64,000 bases of DNA from Eledone cirrhosa (lineage: Eukaryota): NCBI GenBank assembly GCA_964016885.1, contig OZ024744.1, positions 53,444,001-53,508,000 on the forward strand, read 5' to 3'. Position numbers and translations under genes: made by a program. The notes below the pieces were generated by a model. It saw only the letters and a list, made by a program, of their open reading frames with translations. It did no database searches and had not been told where the DNA came from. Positions within the stretch are counted from its first letter, which is position 1. The number at the start of each line of letters is the position of its first letter. This document shows, piece after piece, positions 62,201 to 64,000 of this stretch.

Positions 62201-64000
62201 GCACTCTCACCAACATCACTATGACTACCAGCACTCTCAACAGCATCACCAATATCACTATGAGCCCCAGCACTCTCACCAACATCACTATGACCACCAC
62301 CTCCCTCACCGACATCACCAATATCACTATGACCACCAGCTCTATCCCCAACATCACTGACCACCAGCACTCTTACCAACATCACTATGACCACCAGCAC
62401 TGTAACCAACATCGCTATGACCACCAGCACTCTCACCAAAATCACATATATCTGTTTGACCACCAACATTACAATGACCAGCAGCACTCTCAGCAACATC
62501 GCTATGACCACCAGCACTCTCACCAACATTACTGTGACCATCAACATTCTCACCAACATCACTATGACCACCAGCACTCTCAGCAAGATCACCTTATTAC
62601 TATGACCACCAGCACTCTCACCAACATCACCAATATCACTATGACAACCAGCAGTCTCACCAACATAACCAATATCAGTATGACTACCAGGATTCTCAGC
62701 AATATCACTATGACTACCAACACTCTCACCAACATCACTATGACCACCAGCACCCCCAGCAATATCCATGTGACCAACAGGACTTGCACCAGCATCACTA
62801 TGACCACCAACACTGTCACCAACATAAGCATTATCACTATGACCAACAACACTCTCGCCAACATCACCAATATGACTGTGACAACCAGCACTCTTACCAA
62901 CACTACCAAGATCACTATGACCACCAGCACTCTCACTATCATTACTATGACCACCAGCACTCTCACCAAGATCACTATGACCACTAGCACCCCCACCAAT
63001 ATCCCTATGACCACCAGCACTCTCAAAAACATCACTATGACGACCAGCACTCTCACCAAAATCATTATGACCACCAGCCCTCTCACCAACATCACTATGA
63101 CCACCAACTCTCTCACCAACATCACCAATATCACTATGATCACCAACATACTGACCATCATCAATATGACCACCAGTTCTCTCACCAATATTACTATGAC
63201 AACCAGCACTCTCACCAACATCACTATGACCACCAGCACTCTCACCACGATCACTATGACCACCAGCACCTCCAGCAACATCACCAATATCATTATGCCC
63301 ACCAGCACTCTCCCCAATATCACTATGACCACCAGCCCTCTCAACAACATCACTATGACCACAGCACTTTCAACCACATCACTATAACCACCAGCACTCT
63401 CACCAAAACCACCAACATCACTATGGCCACCAGCAGTTTCGACAACTTCACTAGGACCACCAGCACTTTCACCAACACCACTATAACCACCAGCACTCTA
63501 ATCAATATCACTATGACGACCAGCTCTCTCACCAACATTACTATAACCACCAGCTCTCTTACCAACATCACTATGACCACCAGCATGCTCACCAACATCA
63601 CTATGACCAGCAGCACTCTCACCACCATCACCAATATCACTATGACCCCCAGCACTCTCACCAACATTACTATGAGCACCAGCACCCTCACCAACATCAC
63701 GAACATCACTATGACCACCAGCTCTCTCAGGAACATCACTATGACCACCAGTACTCACACCAACATGATTATGACTACCAGCACTCTCACTATCATTACC
63801 ATGATCACCAGCACTCTCAACATCATCACTATGACCACCAGCACTCTCGAAAACTTCACTATGACCATCAACACTTTCACCAACACCACTATGACCACCA
63901 GCACTATCACCAATATCACTATGACGCCCAGCATTCTCACCAACATTACTATGACCAGCAGCACTCACACCAACATCACTATGACCACCAGCACTCTCAC
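56300..64000 (+). repeat. Two to three diverged copies of a ~3.0-3.9 kb higher-order unit
   Basis: CGAYAACTTCACTAGGACC at ~56565, ~59600 and ~63440. ATCACCTGTATC at ~57844/~61551, AATATCCATGTGACCA at ~59013/~62761, and CACAGCACTYTCAACCACATC at ~59521/~63360. Confidence 0.8.
58630..58985 (+). repeat. 177-bp tandem doublet (5 monomers: 39+39+39+30+30)
   Basis: GACCTGCAAAACTCTC at 58641 and 58818, and GGATTCTCAGC at 58766 and 58943. Confidence 0.9.

Larger units (their letters stand above)
1..64000 (+). repeat. Head-to-tail tandem satellite/minisatellite array, 30-bp consensus ATGACCACCAGCACTCTCACCAACATCACT with 39/48-bp variants (30+9n)
   Basis: The CACTATGACCACCAGCACTCTCACCAACAT motif recurs every 30-48 bp from base 1 to 64000 in the same orientation. 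All ORF translations are rotations of the same 10-residue units. Confidence 0.98.

Noticed and set aside
1-64000. CRISPR array (30-39 bp periodicity)
   Set aside because: There are no unique spacers between repeats, no palindromic repeat, no leader and no cas genes. Monomers abut directly.
1-64000. Telomeric repeat or canonical G-quadruplex array on the G-rich strand
   Set aside because: No TTAGGG/TTAGG-type short unit is present, and the minus-strand consensus has only GG doublets and no GGG runs.
1-64000. Diversity-generating or antigenic-variation cassette system, or programmed frameshifting
   Set aside because: There is no reverse transcriptase, recombinase, expression site, conserved cassette boundary or slippery heptamer with a downstream structure. 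The variation is explained by ordinary satellite mutation and unequal exchange.

Overview
The whole 64 kb window is one uninterrupted, single-orientation tandem repeat (satellite or minisatellite). It runs to both window edges and I see no unique sequence, RNA gene, transposon or convincing protein-coding gene. The consensus monomer is 30 bp, ATGACCACCAGCACTCTCACCAACATCACT. Variants of 39 and 48 bp carry extra copies of a 9-bp ACCAAYATC module, giving roughly 1,900 monomers (estimate). The monomer is a string of A-starting triplets, so four of six frames lack stops in the consensus: MTTSTLTNIT and DHQHSHQHHY on +, VMLVRVLVVI and SDVGESAGGH on -. That explains every ORF in the track, and frameshifts recur about once per kb. 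The informative structure is higher-order. At 3.5-14.7 kb there is a near-identical ~1.4-1.7 kb higher-order repeat (HOR), itself duplicated as a ~4.6 kb unit. At 18.8-19.9 kb there is a 246-bp 7-monomer HOR, and older block duplications and positional zones of monomer subtypes occur elsewhere. The consensus also contains the exact E. coli Chi octamer (GCTGGTGG on the minus strand). A eukaryotic origin is my inference and the organism cannot be identified. I found no supportable new gene system. The best leads are the repeat architecture, the Chi array and a testable mucin-like coding hypothesis.
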